Shown in pieces: positions 19,949 to 31,453 of a stretch of DNA of 64,000 bases. How positions within the stretch are numbered: position 1 is the first letter of the stretch; every line of letters begins with the position of its first letter. The DNA lies in contig CAYLXA010000005.1 of NCBI GenBank assembly GCA_964387845.1, forward strand, positions 96,001 through 160,000, in the 5' to 3' direction. A program made the position numbers and the translations under genes. This stretch comes from an uncultured bacterium (GTDB taxonomy: Bacteria; Omnitrophota; Omnitrophia; Omnitrophales; Abzuiibacteriaceae). Below the pieces are notes generated by a model. The model was not told the DNA's origin, did not search any database, and saw nothing but the letters and a program-made list of their open reading frames with translations.

Positions 19949-21029
19949 TATGTACATCATTGCCAACATTTTAGAATTTCTGACCCGCGAGAAACTTTAT
20001 ACCGCACTTCTTTTCATTGCGATCGGCTTTTTCTCGTTTGTTCATTTTTATCACGACGGCGAACTGGCGCATCCGGATGAATTTTCCGAGCAGCAGCTCA
20101 AAGAAGTCGAAGCCACCATCCAAAAAAACAGCCGCGACCCGGAATTCCTCAAAAAGCGTTTTTCCGAAGAACCGCGGCTCAAATGGTACCTGCAAGTCTT
20201 CACGATGGGCGCTTTCGCATCGCTTTTGATCGGAATTTTGATTAACGCGCAGCTTTTCCAGAAATGGCTCCGGAAAGAGCCGTGGCTTCCGCCGCGTGTC
20301 TTTGGTTCTCACGCGAAATGGGGATTTACCGAGGTTGCGAAGGCATCGATTCTGGTAGTTTTTATCGGAATTGTTTTAAACGGCGCCGGATTTGTGCTTC
20401 ACCGCATTCTGCAGGTCAAAATCAACGCCAATTTCTTCATGGTTTTTCATACAACCGTTTTAGACCTGGCTGCACTGTACTTTATGATTCATTTCGTCAG
20501 GCAAAAAGAGGGCATGGGCCGCTTGGTTTTCGGCGTCCGCGCGCCCGAGGGTTGGTTCCGCGAAATTTTCATGGGCATTAAGTCTTATTTTGCCGTCATT
20601 CCGTATTTTTTACTGGCACTCGTCTTGCTTTTATTATTCATCAGCCGATGGGCTTATGAGCCGCCGCCGCATCCGCTCGTGGGTGTGTTTGTGCAGGAAG
20701 CAGAGCGCGCGCCGTGGATTGTGATCTATTCACTGGCGCTGGCATGTTTTGTGGGGCCTGTTGTGGAAGAAGTATTTTTTCGCGGATTTTTGTACCCCGT
20801 TGTGCGCAAGCAAATCGGTATTCAATGGGCCATGGTCGTCACGGCTGTTTTATTCGCGCTGATTCACGAAAATTTATTCTCATTCCTGCCGATTTTTATT
20901 CTGGGGCTTGCGCTTGCCTATCTTTATGAAAAGCGCGGCAATCTTCTGGCCTGCATTGCGCTCCATATTTTCCACAACACGATTTTCATTACTTATTTCT
21001 TCCTGATCAAAGAAGCCTTCCTCAATTAA
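19938..21029 (+). CDS. CPBP-family (CAAX/Abi) intramembrane metalloprotease
   Basis: A multi-TM protein carrying 'EEVFFRGFLY', 'FALIHE' and 'HIFHN'. Confidence 0.75.
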   Translation: MGFDMYIIANILEFLTREKLYTALLFIAIGFFSFVHFYHDGELAHPDEFSEQQLKEVEATIQKNSRDPEFLKKRFSEEPRLKWYLQVFTMGAFASLLIGILINAQLFQKWLRKEPWLPPRVFGSHAKWGFTEVAKASILVVFIGIVLNGAGFVLHRILQVKINANFFMVFHTTVLDLAALYFMIHFVRQKEGMGRLVFGVRAPEGWFREIFMGIKSYFAVIPYFLLALVLLLLFISRWAYEPPPHPLVGVFVQEAERAPWIVIYSLALACFVGPVVEEVFFRGFLYPVVRKQIGIQWAMVVTAVLFALIHENLFSFLPIFILGLALAYLYEKRGNLLACIALHIFHNTIFITYFFLIKEAFLN

Positions 21030-21126
21030 TGGCATTTTGGATTTCGGAATGCGGAGTGCGGATTGGTCAATCCGAGATCCGAAATCCGAATTCCGCAATG
21101 TCAGTTTATCTGTTAAAATACGCTTC

Positions 21127-21729
21127 ATGATTTCGACGCTATTGATTATTTTCATCCTCCTCATGACCGTGACGATTCACGAAGTTTCGCACGGCGTGGT
21201 GGCGTATTATCTGGGCGACAAAACCGCGTATTATCAAAAACGCCTGACGCTCAATCCTTTGCGCCACATTGATTTCTTTTGGACCATACTTTTTCCGGCC
21301 ATGCTTTTGTTCGCCACCGGCGGGCGGTTTGCACTCGGAATGGCAAAGCCCGTTCCGGTCAATGCCTTGAATTTTAAAAACCCAAGGCGCGGCATGATGA
21401 TCGTAGGCGCCGCCGGTCCGCTGTCGAATTTAATCATGGCGATGGCGTTTGCGAAACTCTTTCATTGGCAGCCGTATGATTTTTTTCTGTTCGGTGTTTA
21501 CATCAATTTAGGCCTCGGGCTATTCAACTTAATTCCGATTCCGCCCTTGGACGGCTCGCGGGTTGTCTCGGGGCTTTTGCCGGCTGAACAGGCCAAAATT
21601 TACGACAGCATCGAATCCATCGGCTTTTGGATCATCCTGATTCTCTACATGACCGGCGTCTTGTTTGCATTTTTGCGCCCGTTCTTACGTTTTTTCACTG
21701 ACTGGCTTCTTGTGCCGAGCGTATTTTGA
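21127..21729 (+). CDS. M50-family (site-2-protease-like) membrane metallopeptidase, small form
   Basis: 'HEVSHG' (HExxH) sits within a TM helix, and 'NLIPIPPLDGSRV' is the LDG motif. Start at 'MISTLLIIF'. Confidence 0.7.
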   Translation: MISTLLIIFILLMTVTIHEVSHGVVAYYLGDKTAYYQKRLTLNPLRHIDFFWTILFPAMLLFATGGRFALGMAKPVPVNALNFKNPRRGMMIVGAAGPLSNLIMAMAFAKLFHWQPYDFFLFGVYINLGLGLFNLIPIPPLDGSRVVSGLLPAEQAKIYDSIESIGFWIILILYMTGVLFAFLRPFLRFFTDWLLVPSVF

Positions 21730-21730
21730 T

Positions 21731-22780
21731 ATGCCGAAACTTAAATTCGAACCCGTCACATTCAAAAACGGCGCACTCGTTTTAATCGACCAACGCAAGC
21801 TTCCCGGTCAAATGAAGCTGTTGCGCTATCACACGACGCGTGCGGCTTGGCATGCGATCCGCGACATGGTGGTGCGCGGCGCTCCGGCCATCGGCGTTGC
21901 GGCCGGATATGGTGTTTGTCTCGATATTTCGCGCGTACGATTAAAATCCCGCGAAGCGTTCTTGAAAGCGCTCCGAAAATCAGCCGATTACTTGAAAACC
22001 GCGCGCCCGACCGCCGTCAATTTGGCGTGGGCAGTGGATCGTATCTACGCGAAGGCGAAAAAATCTACGCTCAAATCTGTTCCGGATTTGAAGAAGCTGA
22101 TCTTGAGCGAAGCGCGCGCGATTCATTATGAGGATATCGACCTCTGTTTCCGGATTGGTGCGCACGGAAAGTCGCTGATCAAAAAAGGCAGCGTTGTGCT
22201 CACGTACTGCAACGCAGGCGGCCTGGCGACGACCGGCTACGGCACGGCACTTGCTCCGATCTTTGAAGCCAAAAAGCAGGGGAAACGTTTTTCCGTATTT
22301 TCCTGCGAAACACGCCCGCAGCTGCAAGGCGCGCGGCTCACGATGTGGGAGCTTCAAAAATACAAAGTCCCGTCGACTTTGATCTGCGACGGCATGGTTG
22401 GGACGCTTATGCAGAAAGGAAAAATTCAGCTTGTCATCACCGGTGCGGACCGGATTGTGGCAAACGGCGACACTGCGAATAAGATTGGCACTTACCAAGT
22501 CGCGACGCTTGCGAAAGCCCACGGCGTTCCGTTTTATATTGCAGCGCCCAGTTCCACATTTGATTTCAAACGCCAAAAGGGAAGCCAGATTCCGATTGAG
22601 GAAAGGTCTGGCACGGAAATTACGCAAATCCGGGGCGCTCAACTGGCGCCCAAAGGCATCAAAGTTTTTAATCCTGCATTTGACGTGACGCCGCATGAAC
22701 TCATTGCCGGATTTATCACGGAGAAGGGAATTTTAAAGCCGCCTTACCGAAAGAGCCTTCAATGCCTGCGCGCACGCTGA
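21731..22780 (+). CDS. mtnA: Methylthioribose-1-phosphate isomerase / eIF-2B-like
   Basis: 'GAPAIGVAAGYG' and 'CNAGGLATTGYGTAL'. Start at 'MPKLKFEP'. Confidence 0.8.
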   Translation: MPKLKFEPVTFKNGALVLIDQRKLPGQMKLLRYHTTRAAWHAIRDMVVRGAPAIGVAAGYGVCLDISRVRLKSREAFLKALRKSADYLKTARPTAVNLAWAVDRIYAKAKKSTLKSVPDLKKLILSEARAIHYEDIDLCFRIGAHGKSLIKKGSVVLTYCNAGGLATTGYGTALAPIFEAKKQGKRFSVFSCETRPQLQGARLTMWELQKYKVPSTLICDGMVGTLMQKGKIQLVITGADRIVANGDTANKIGTYQVATLAKAHGVPFYIAAPSSTFDFKRQKGSQIPIEERSGTEITQIRGAQLAPKGIKVFNPAFDVTPHELIAGFITEKGILKPPYRKSLQCLRAR

Positions 22781-23703
22781 AATCCGTCGGTGAATTCGGC
22801 CTCATTGAGCGAATCCGGAAATCCGCGCCGCTTTCCAAAAATATCGCGCTCGGAATAGGTGATGACGCTGCTATTTTGAAATCAGGCCCAGGTTTCCAGC
22901 TCATTAGCACGGACATGCTCGTCGAGAATGTTGATTTTTCGTTTAAATCGGCAAAGCCGAGACAAGTCGGCAGAAAAGCGCTCGCCGTCAATCTAAGCGA
23001 TATCGCGGCGATGGGCGGAGAGCCGGAGGCGGCGCTCGTGGCGCTTGCGTGCCCTAAGCACACGAAACTCAAGGCAATCGATGATTTTTATGCCGGAATC
23101 AAGGACCTAGCTCGGAAATACAGGGTTTCATTGATCGGCGGTGATCTCTCAAGTGCCCCGACTTGGATGATCACTGTCACGATTATCGGACGCTCGGATG
23201 AGAAGCCGGTTTTGCGCACCGGAGCAAGGCCGGGCGACCTCATTTGCGTGACAGGAACCCTTGGCGGCTCTATTTTGGGCAAACATCTTGCATTTACGCC
23301 CCGAATCGATGAGGGGAGATGGCTTCTAGATGCCGGAGCCAGTGCCATGATTGACGTTTCGGACGGTTTGGCGCAGGATTTGTCGCATATTCTCACGGAA
23401 TCAAAGGTTTCGGCTGATTTGGACCTGGGCGCAATCCCGATTTCACAGGATGCGAGCCGGCTTTCAAGGCAGTCAGGCCGCAAAGCGCTCCATCACGCGC
23501 TCTCGGACGGGGAAGATTTCGAGCTTTTGTTCACCATTTCGCCAGCGAAGTTCAAGAAAGTGCTTAATTCTTGGTCTAAGCGGTTCAAAACTTCGCTGTC
23601 TGTGATCGGAAAAATAAAATCCGGCCGTTCAGGTGTTGATTTTTGGCACAAAAACCGGAAAATTAATTTTAAAACAGCCAAACTTGGCTTCAAACATTTT
23701 TAA
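22762..23703 (+). CDS. thiL: Thiamine-monophosphate kinase
   Basis: 'GEFGLIERI' and 'GIGDDAAIL' indicate an AIR-synthase-related fold. Confidence 0.85.
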   Translation: MPARTLKSVGEFGLIERIRKSAPLSKNIALGIGDDAAILKSGPGFQLISTDMLVENVDFSFKSAKPRQVGRKALAVNLSDIAAMGGEPEAALVALACPKHTKLKAIDDFYAGIKDLARKYRVSLIGGDLSSAPTWMITVTIIGRSDEKPVLRTGARPGDLICVTGTLGGSILGKHLAFTPRIDEGRWLLDAGASAMIDVSDGLAQDLSHILTESKVSADLDLGAIPISQDASRLSRQSGRKALHHALSDGEDFELLFTISPAKFKKVLNSWSKRFKTSLSVIGKIKSGRSGVDFWHKNRKINFKTAKLGFKHF

Positions 23704-23711
23704 AGTCTTAA

Positions 23712-24182
23712 ATGAGTCAGCTGATTTTGAAATCAAACTCAAAAAACGAAACAATCCGCTTCGGAAAGCGGCTTGCGAAGTCTTTGAAGCCCGGATCGGT
23801 CGTTGCGTTTGTCGGAAATTTGGGTTCAGGCAAGACAACGTGGATTCAAGGACTCGCTTCCGGGCTTGGCGCGGAACAATCTGATGTAAAAAGTCCGACG
23901 TTTGTGCTTTTTCATATTTACAAAGCAGAATTTCCGGTTTATCATTTCGATTTATATCGCCTTGAACATCCGGGCGAACTTGACGCGATTGGTTTTGATG
24001 AGTTTGTGGGTGATAAAAATTCGGTTTCATTTGTAGAATGGGCTGATCGCGCAAAAAAAGAATTACCGAAGGATTGCTTGACGATCAAACTTGCGGACAA
24101 GGGCGGTGATAGACGCGAGTTTCATTTGAGTGCAGGCGGTCCCGAGTCAAAGAAAATTTTAGAACAATTTAAAAAATCTTGA
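23712..24182 (+). CDS. tsaE: tRNA t6A biosynthesis ATPase TsaE
   Basis: 'VAFVGNLGSGKTT', 'SPTFVLFHIY' and 'HFDLYRL'. Confidence 0.85.
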   Translation: MSQLILKSNSKNETIRFGKRLAKSLKPGSVVAFVGNLGSGKTTWIQGLASGLGAEQSDVKSPTFVLFHIYKAEFPVYHFDLYRLEHPGELDAIGFDEFVGDKNSVSFVEWADRAKKELPKDCLTIKLADKGGDRREFHLSAGGPESKKILEQFKKS

Positions 24183-24267
24183 CGTCATTCTGAGCGAAGC
24201 GAAGAATCTAAGTACAGAGATCCTTCACTTTGTTCAGGATGACAGAGCACTTATTCAGCCAGCCTTC

Positions 24268-24963
24268 ATGCGCAATATTCTTGCCGTTGATACGTCTTCC
24301 GGCATCCTCAGTGTCTCTGCGCAAAATTCCTCGGGCTCCAAGATTGAAATTAACCTCGACGCCGGCTTCCGCCATGGCGAGCGCCTCGTTCTCCTGATTA
24401 AGCAAGCTCTCGCGGATCTTCATATTAATAAGAAGGATTTGGATATCCTGGCCTGCGGCATCGGCCCGGGTTCTTTTACCGGCCTCAGGATCGGGCTTTC
24501 GGCGATGAAGGCCCTTGCGCTGGGGCTCAAGAAGAAAGTCTGCACATTTTCAAGCCTCGATTTGATAGCCGGCGGGATTTCTCTGGTATCAGGCAAGCTG
24601 GCCGTTGCGGTCAATGCCAAGCGTGAGCGCGTGTATGCGGCGATTTATGAATTCAAAAACGGCGTGTCGAAAAAAATCTTAAAAGATTCGTCTTTAGGGC
24701 TTAATGAACTTCTCGACTATGCCGAAGAAGATACTGTCTTTACCGGAGATGCAATTTCAGCCTATGGCGAAATTATCAAAAAAAGATTGGGCCGGAAGAT
24801 TGTTTTTTTGGAAAAGCAATTTTGGTTTCCAAAAGCATCGGCTGCGTTATCTATGGTCGAAGCAGCGGATGGCAAGATTCAGGCCTCTTCCTTGGTACGT
24901 TTAAAGCCGGCGTACTTGCGCCTCTCAGAAGCTGAAGAGCGCAGAAAAGGACTTTCTCTATGA
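24268..24963 (+). CDS. tsaB: tRNA t6A biosynthesis protein TsaB
   Basis: 'ILAVDTSSGILSVS' and 'GIGPGSFTGLRIG' are YeaZ-family signatures. Confidence 0.85.
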   Translation: MRNILAVDTSSGILSVSAQNSSGSKIEINLDAGFRHGERLVLLIKQALADLHINKKDLDILACGIGPGSFTGLRIGLSAMKALALGLKKKVCTFSSLDLIAGGISLVSGKLAVAVNAKRERVYAAIYEFKNGVSKKILKDSSLGLNELLDYAEEDTVFTGDAISAYGEIIKKRLGRKIVFLEKQFWFPKASAALSMVEAADGKIQASSLVRLKPAYLRLSEAEERRKGLSL

Positions 24964-26108
24964 ACGTTGCAACCGTGAGCCGCACCAAAACAGCCGCCGA
25001 GCTTCTCTCGTGGGTTGAAATCAGCCAAGCCGCACTCGACCACAATCTCGCACAAATTAAAAAAGCGCTTCTGCCGGCCGCCGAAATCCTTGCTGTCGTG
25101 AAAGCCAACGCTTACGGCCACGGGCTCATCGAAATCACAAAGCTCCTCGATAAAAAAGTCGCTTACTACGGCGTTGCGTCTGTGGATGAGGCCGTCAAGC
25201 TCCGTGAATTCAGCGCGCATGCGCCGATTCTTTTGTTCGGAATCCATTTTGAAGACCAAATCAAGCGCGCGATCGAAGCCAATATCATTATTTCGGTTTC
25301 GAGTCTCGAGCAAGCAGGTTTGATCGACGAAGCGGCGACTGAAATGAGCCGCCCGGTTCCGGTTCATATTAAGGTCGATACCGGCATGGGCCGTCTCGGG
25401 ATTCCGCTGAAAGAAGCGGCGCAGACGATCCAGAAAATCCACGCCTCTTACCAGCATCTAAAGCTCGAAGGCATTTACACACATTTTCCGATTTCGGAGA
25501 AAAAGAACGATTCTTTTACGAGCCAGCAAATCCGGAAGTTTCACTCCTTGGTCAATTCGCTCGATAAAAAAGGGATTCACTTCGCGATCCGCCATGCGGC
25601 GAATTCCGGCGCCATCGTCAATTACCGCGATTCTCATCTGAACCTCGTGCGCCCCGGGCTTTCGCTCTATGGGATTTATACGGACGAAATACTGAGTGAA
25701 AAAATCGATTTAAGGCCTGTCCTCAGCTGGCGTACACGCGTGGTGATGGTGAAAGAAATCGCCGAAGGCGAAACGGTCGGATATGCGCAGGCTTACAAAG
25801 CCAAAGAAAAAACCAATATCGCCATATTGCCGATCGGCTACGGCCAAGGTTATCCGTTTTCTTTGAGCGGCAAAGGTTCGGTGTTGATTCATGGCAAGTC
25901 TTATTTCCTCGCCGGGCGTGTTTCGATGGATTATGCTGCGGTGGAAATCGGCAATGATCCTGTCCATGTCGGCGATGCCGTCACACTGCTCGGGCAAGAC
26001 GGCGAGCGCGCGATTTCAGCCGAGCTTCTCGCGAACTTGGCGAATACCATTCCTTACGAAATCGTGACGCAGATCGGCCCGCAAGTCCCGCGCATAGTCG
26101 TTTCCTGA
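24960..26108 (+). CDS. alr: Alanine racemase
   Basis: 'AVVKANAYGHG' contains the PLP lysine motif. Confidence 0.9.
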   Translation: MNVATVSRTKTAAELLSWVEISQAALDHNLAQIKKALLPAAEILAVVKANAYGHGLIEITKLLDKKVAYYGVASVDEAVKLREFSAHAPILLFGIHFEDQIKRAIEANIIISVSSLEQAGLIDEAATEMSRPVPVHIKVDTGMGRLGIPLKEAAQTIQKIHASYQHLKLEGIYTHFPISEKKNDSFTSQQIRKFHSLVNSLDKKGIHFAIRHAANSGAIVNYRDSHLNLVRPGLSLYGIYTDEILSEKIDLRPVLSWRTRVVMVKEIAEGETVGYAQAYKAKEKTNIAILPIGYGQGYPFSLSGKGSVLIHGKSYFLAGRVSMDYAAVEIGNDPVHVGDAVTLLGQDGERAISAELLANLANTIPYEIVTQIGPQVPRIVVS

Positions 26109-26150
26109 AACACTTCTTTTTGTTATACTTTTCCGCAATAAACCAATCAC

Positions 26151-26687
26151 ATGACCTACAAAATTCTCCATTACAAAAAAGTGACTTCGACCAACGATCT
26201 GCTCAAGGAACTTGCCCGGGAAGGCGCCAGGGAAGGCCTCGTGGTGTGGGCGGATTATCAATCGAAGGGACGGGGAAGATTTAAACGCAAATGGCGATCA
26301 CCGAAGGGCAAAGACCTCCTTTTCTCGGTCCTGCTCAAACCCAATGTCCGGAACTCGCAAGCTTCTTTGGTCACAATCCTCGCCGGACAAGCAGTCCGCG
26401 ATGTTGTGAAGAAGAGAAGTGCATTACCGGTGACCTTGAAGCGTCCCAACGACGTCCTGGTGAACGGCAAGAAAATCTGTGGTATATTGACCGAGGCCGA
26501 AGGCTCACCCAGCAAGTTAGATTTCATAGTCGTGGGAATAGGGCTCAATGTGAACAGCAAAAAGAAGGAGCTCTTGGCCCGGGCAACCTCGATCAGGGAA
26601 TTGACCGGCAAAGAAACGCCGAGGGAAGCGCTTCTCGAGGAAGTTCTGGGCGAATTTAAGAAGCAGTACCGAACCTTTCAAAAATAA
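26151..26687 (+). CDS. birA: Biotin-protein ligase, catalytic core only
   Basis: 'GRGRFKRKW' is a GRGRxGRxW motif, with 'NDVLVNGKKICGIL'. The protein is 178 aa, with no HTH and a short C-terminus. Confidence 0.75.
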   Translation: MTYKILHYKKVTSTNDLLKELAREGAREGLVVWADYQSKGRGRFKRKWRSPKGKDLLFSVLLKPNVRNSQASLVTILAGQAVRDVVKKRSALPVTLKRPNDVLVNGKKICGILTEAEGSPSKLDFIVVGIGLNVNSKKKELLARATSIRELTGKETPREALLEEVLGEFKKQYRTFQK

Positions 26688-26689
26688 AG

Positions 26690-27457
26690 ATGAAATCAAA
26701 ACACACACTCGCAATTGACATCGGAAACAGTTCTATCAGCTTCGGACTTTTCAAAAGTGCCCGACTTTTGCGCTGTTGGCATGGCAGTTTTGACAATATC
26801 CCAAAAATAAAGCATTTTTGTGTATCAAGTGGGATAGATATAAAAGAACTACAGATAATAATAGATAGCGTCAGCCCACAAAAGATGTCAAAATTGAGGG
26901 TTTCACTTAAGCGAAGTTTTGGTCAAAAGAATCTCCTAATAACAGGTAAAAATGTTCAGATCAAAATCAATCATAAGTACCGTAATTTCAATAAGTTAGG
27001 ACAGGATCGGGTGGTCAATCTAGTTGGGGCCCTCGAATTTTACAAGTTCCCAGTTTTGGTCATTGATTTCGGTACCGCGATCACGTTTGACGTCATTTCG
27101 AAGAAGGGAATCTTCGAAGGCGGCCTGATTGTTCCCGGTGTCGAGACGGCTTGGACTGGCTTGCAAGATAGGGCGGCCTTGCTTCCCAAGTTTGACCTAA
27201 AAGCCGAGATTATAAAGAGGAAAAGGCTGGTTGGGAATGACACCAAGAGCTGCATGACGAGCGGAATCGGGCACAGCTACGGGGCCATGACGGATGGCCT
27301 CATCGACCGGTTTAAGGCGATTTATGGTAAAAACCTCACTGTTCTTGTGACCGGCGGCTTTTCAAGGTTTGTCCAGTCCCATATTACTCACCGGGTTAAA
27401 GTAGACCCCCATCACACCTTAAAATCACTGGCCTTAATTGCCAATAGAGTCGGATAA
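26690..27457 (+). CDS. coaX: Type III pantothenate kinase
   Basis: 'LAIDIGNSSISFGLF' and 'IDFGTAITFDV'. An AT-rich, Lys/Ile/Asn-rich insertion is encoded around 26790-27000. Confidence 0.8.
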   Translation: MKSKHTLAIDIGNSSISFGLFKSARLLRCWHGSFDNIPKIKHFCVSSGIDIKELQIIIDSVSPQKMSKLRVSLKRSFGQKNLLITGKNVQIKINHKYRNFNKLGQDRVVNLVGALEFYKFPVLVIDFGTAITFDVISKKGIFEGGLIVPGVETAWTGLQDRAALLPKFDLKAEIIKRKRLVGNDTKSCMTSGIGHSYGAMTDGLIDRFKAIYGKNLTVLVTGGFSRFVQSHITHRVKVDPHHTLKSLALIANRVG

Positions 27458-27460
27458 AGC

Positions 27461-27488
27461 TTGACAAATTTTTAAATTTAAATATTAT
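27461..27488 (+). promoter_or_regulatory. Sigma-A type promoter of groEL1
   Basis: TTGACA at 27461-27466 and TATTAT at 27483-27488, with a 16 nt spacer. Confidence 0.6.
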
Positions 27489-27497
27489 ACCTTCACG

Positions 27498-27524
27498 TTA
27501 GCACTCAACCCAAATGAGTGCTAA
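27498..27524 (+). promoter_or_regulatory. CIRCE operator (HrcA binding site)
   Basis: A perfect consensus, TTAGCACTC-aacccaaat-GAGTGCTAA. Confidence 0.9.
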
Positions 27525-27592
27525 GTTGATTTTCAACTCCGGATTAAACTCCAGTTTGAATTATCGAGTAGGGAACGTTTCACTATTTTTAA

Positions 27593-29251
<1,659 letters not shown>

Positions 29252-29264
29252 TCATTAATGTAGT

Positions 29265-29292
29265 AAGGGCGAGGCATGCCTCGCCCTTACAA
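29265..29292 (+). terminator. Perfect GC palindrome between groEL1 and groES. Terminator or attenuator-like, with no T-tract.
   Basis: 'gtaagggcgaggcatgcctcgcccttac'. Confidence 0.35.
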
Positions 29293-29330
29293 ACGAAATC
29301 ATAATCAATCAATTACAGAGGAGCGTTACC

Positions 29331-29621
29331 ATGAAGATAAAACCATTAGGCGATAAAATTCTCGTTGAATTATTGGAAGCCGAAGAGAAAACAAAGGGCG
29401 GAATCATTCTTCCCGATTCGGCAAAAGAAGAAAAGAGCGAAGGCAAAGTCATTTCGGTCGGTCCCGGAAAAGTCCTCGAAAGCGGAAAAGTTCAGCCGCT
29501 CGAGATCAAGAAGGGCGACAAAGTGATTTTCGGCAAATACACCGGCGATGAGTTTGTGATCGACGGCCGCAAGCACAAAATTTTGCGCGAAAGCGAAGTT
29601 TTAGCGGTTTTTGAAGATTAA
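29331..29621 (+). CDS. groES: Co-chaperonin GroES
   Basis: 'MKIKPLGDKILV...GGIILPDSAKEK'. Confidence 0.95.
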   Translation: MKIKPLGDKILVELLEAEEKTKGGIILPDSAKEEKSEGKVISVGPGKVLESGKVQPLEIKKGDKVIFGKYTGDEFVIDGRKHKILRESEVLAVFED

Positions 29622-29629
29622 CCTTCATA

Positions 29630-29700
29630 AATTCAAAATATAAATATCAAAATTCAAAACATCGAACTTTTGATATTTGAAATTTGATATTTGAATTTAA
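29630..29700. repeat. AT-rich palindromic element in the groES-groEL2 spacer
   Basis: 'ttcaaaatataaatatcaaaattcaaaaca' and its inverted partner 'ttttgatatttgaaatttgatatttgaa'. The 27-mer recurs at 44163-44192. Confidence 0.55.
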
Positions 29701-29715
29701 ACTTTGAGGTGTGAT

Positions 29716-31350
29716 ATGCCCGCAAAAGAATTAACTTATTCAGAGGAAGTACGCGCCAAGATTAAAAAAGGCGTCGATATCCTCGCCAAGACCGTCAGTG
29801 TCACCTTGGGGCCGCGCGGCCGCAATGTGGTGCTTGACCGCAAGTTCGGTTCTCCCTTAATCACCAAAGACGGCGTCACCGTCGCGAAAGAAATTGACCT
29901 TGAGGATCCGTATGAAAATATGGGTGCTCAGATGGTCCGCGAAGTGGCTGAGAAAACATCAGATGAAGCCGGTGACGGAACCACCACCGCGACGGTTCTC
30001 GCGCAAGCGATCGTCTCGGAAGGTGTCAAGAATGTCACAGCCGGCGCCAATCCGATGGCCCTTAAGCGCGGAATCGATAAAGCCGCGGCGGCCGTCATTG
30101 AATCCATCAAGAAATTAGCGTCTCCGATTAAAGGCAAAGAAGAAATCAAGGCCATCGCTACGATCAGTGCCAACAACGACAGCGTGATCGGCCAGCTTTT
30201 GTCGGATGCGATGGAAAAAGTCGGCAAAGACGGCGTCATCACGGTCGAAGAATCCAGCACCACCAAGACGGAGCTCGAAGTCGTCGAAGGTATGCAGTTT
30301 GACCGCGGTTACATTTCGCCTTATTTCATCACCGACGCGGACCGGATGGAAGTCGTCCTCAAGGATCCCTTGATTCTCATTTACGAAAAGAAGATTTCTT
30401 CCGTAAAAGAAGTCGCCCCGCTCCTCGAGCAGGTAGTCGGCATTGGAGCGCCGCTTCTATTAATCTGCGAAGAAGTCGAAGGCGAAGCGCTTGCCGTTCT
30501 CGTCGTGAATAAAATCCGCGGAACGTTCCAGGCAGCAGCCATCAAGGCGCCCGGATTCGGCGACCGCAGGAAAGCCATGCTCGAAGACATCGCGATTTTA
30601 ACGGGCGGCAAATTCATTTCCGAAGACATCGGTGTGAAGCTCGAAAATGTGGATCTTTCGATGCTCGGAAAAGCCAAGCGTGTTGTGATCGATAAAGACA
30701 ACACCACGATCATTGACGGCGCCGGTAAAAAAGCGGCCGTGAAAGAGCGTTGTGAACTTATTAAGAAACAAATCGATAAATCAGATTCCAGCTACGACAA
30801 AGAAAAACTCCAGGAACGCCTCGCGAAGCTTTCAGGCGGTGTGGCGTTGATTAAAGTCGGTGCTACGACTGAAACCGAAATGAAAGAGAAAAAAGCGCGC
30901 GTGGAAGATGCGTTTCATGCCACAAAAGCATCCGTCGAAGAAGGTGTGGTCGCGGGAGGCGGTGTGGCGCTCGTTCGTTCATTGAAAGCGCTTGATTCTC
31001 TGAAGCTGGAAGGCGACGAGAAGGTGGGTGCCGAAATCATCCGCCGCGCGATCCAAGAACCGCTCCGTAAGATCGCGTCCAACGCGGGTTTCGATGCGTC
31101 TGTCGTGATCGGCAAGGTTCTGGAAGAGAAGGGCAACTTCGGCTTTAACGCTTATTCAGGCGAATACGGCGACTTAGTGGAGCAGGGAATTATTGATCCT
31201 GCAAAAGTGGTCCGCAAAGCGCTCGAGAATGCGTCAAGCATCGCGGGTTTGATTCTCACCACCGAAACCGGCATCGTCGAAAAGCCGAAAGACAAGGACG
31301 AAGAAAAGTCGAAGAAGAAAAATTCTTCACACGCTGGGCATTCTCATTAA
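29716..31350 (+). CDS. groEL: Chaperonin GroEL, copy 2 (with His-rich tail)
   Basis: A full Cpn60 paralogue. Its C-terminus is '[18 protein letters not shown]' instead of GGM repeats. Start taken at 'MPAKELTY'. Confidence 0.9.
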   Translation: MPAKELTYSEEVRAKIKKGVDILAKTVSVTLGPRGRNVVLDRKFGSPLITKDGVTVAKEIDLEDPYENMGAQMVREVAEKTSDEAGDGTTTATVLAQAIVSEGVKNVTAGANPMALKRGIDKAAAAVIESIKKLASPIKGKEEIKAIATISANNDSVIGQLLSDAMEKVGKDGVITVEESSTTKTELEVVEGMQFDRGYISPYFITDADRMEVVLKDPLILIYEKKISSVKEVAPLLEQVVGIGAPLLLICEEVEGEALAVLVVNKIRGTFQAAAIKAPGFGDRRKAMLEDIAILTGGKFISEDIGVKLENVDLSMLGKAKRVVIDKDNTTIIDGAGKKAAVKERCELIKKQIDKSDSSYDKEKLQERLAKLSGGVALIKVGATTETEMKEKKARVEDAFHATKASVEEGVVAGGGVALVRSLKALDSLKLEGDEKVGAEIIRRAIQEPLRKIASNAGFDASVVIGKVLEEKGNFGFNAYSGEYGDLVEQGIIDPAKVVRKALENASSIAGLILTTETGIVEKPKDKDEEKSKKKNSSHAGHSH

Positions 31351-31359
31351 GTTTGATCA

Positions 31360-31392
31360 AGGGACAGTCCCATTTGGGACTGTCCCTTTTTA
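31360..31392 (+). terminator. Rho-independent terminator of groEL2
   Basis: Stem 'agggacagtccca/tgggactgtccct' followed by TTTTT. Confidence 0.8.
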
Positions 31393-31394
31393 CT

Positions 31395-31434
31395 AATGTA
31401 ATAAATTACATTAAATAATGTAATTTATTACATT
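31395..31434. repeat. Perfect 18 nt inverted repeat at the left island boundary
   Basis: 'aatgtaataaattacatt' - 'aaat' - 'aatgtaatttattacatt'. Confidence 0.7.
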
Positions 31435-31453
31435 GATATAATCAGCCTTATTT

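Noticed and set aside
21030-21126. Nested inverted repeat 'ggatttcggaatgcggagtgcggattggtcaatccgagatccgaaatccgaattccgca' between the CPBP and M50 protease genes
   Set aside because: It forms a good hairpin but has no following T-tract and no recurrence elsewhere in the window. It is probably a local attenuator or regulatory stem and was not developed further.
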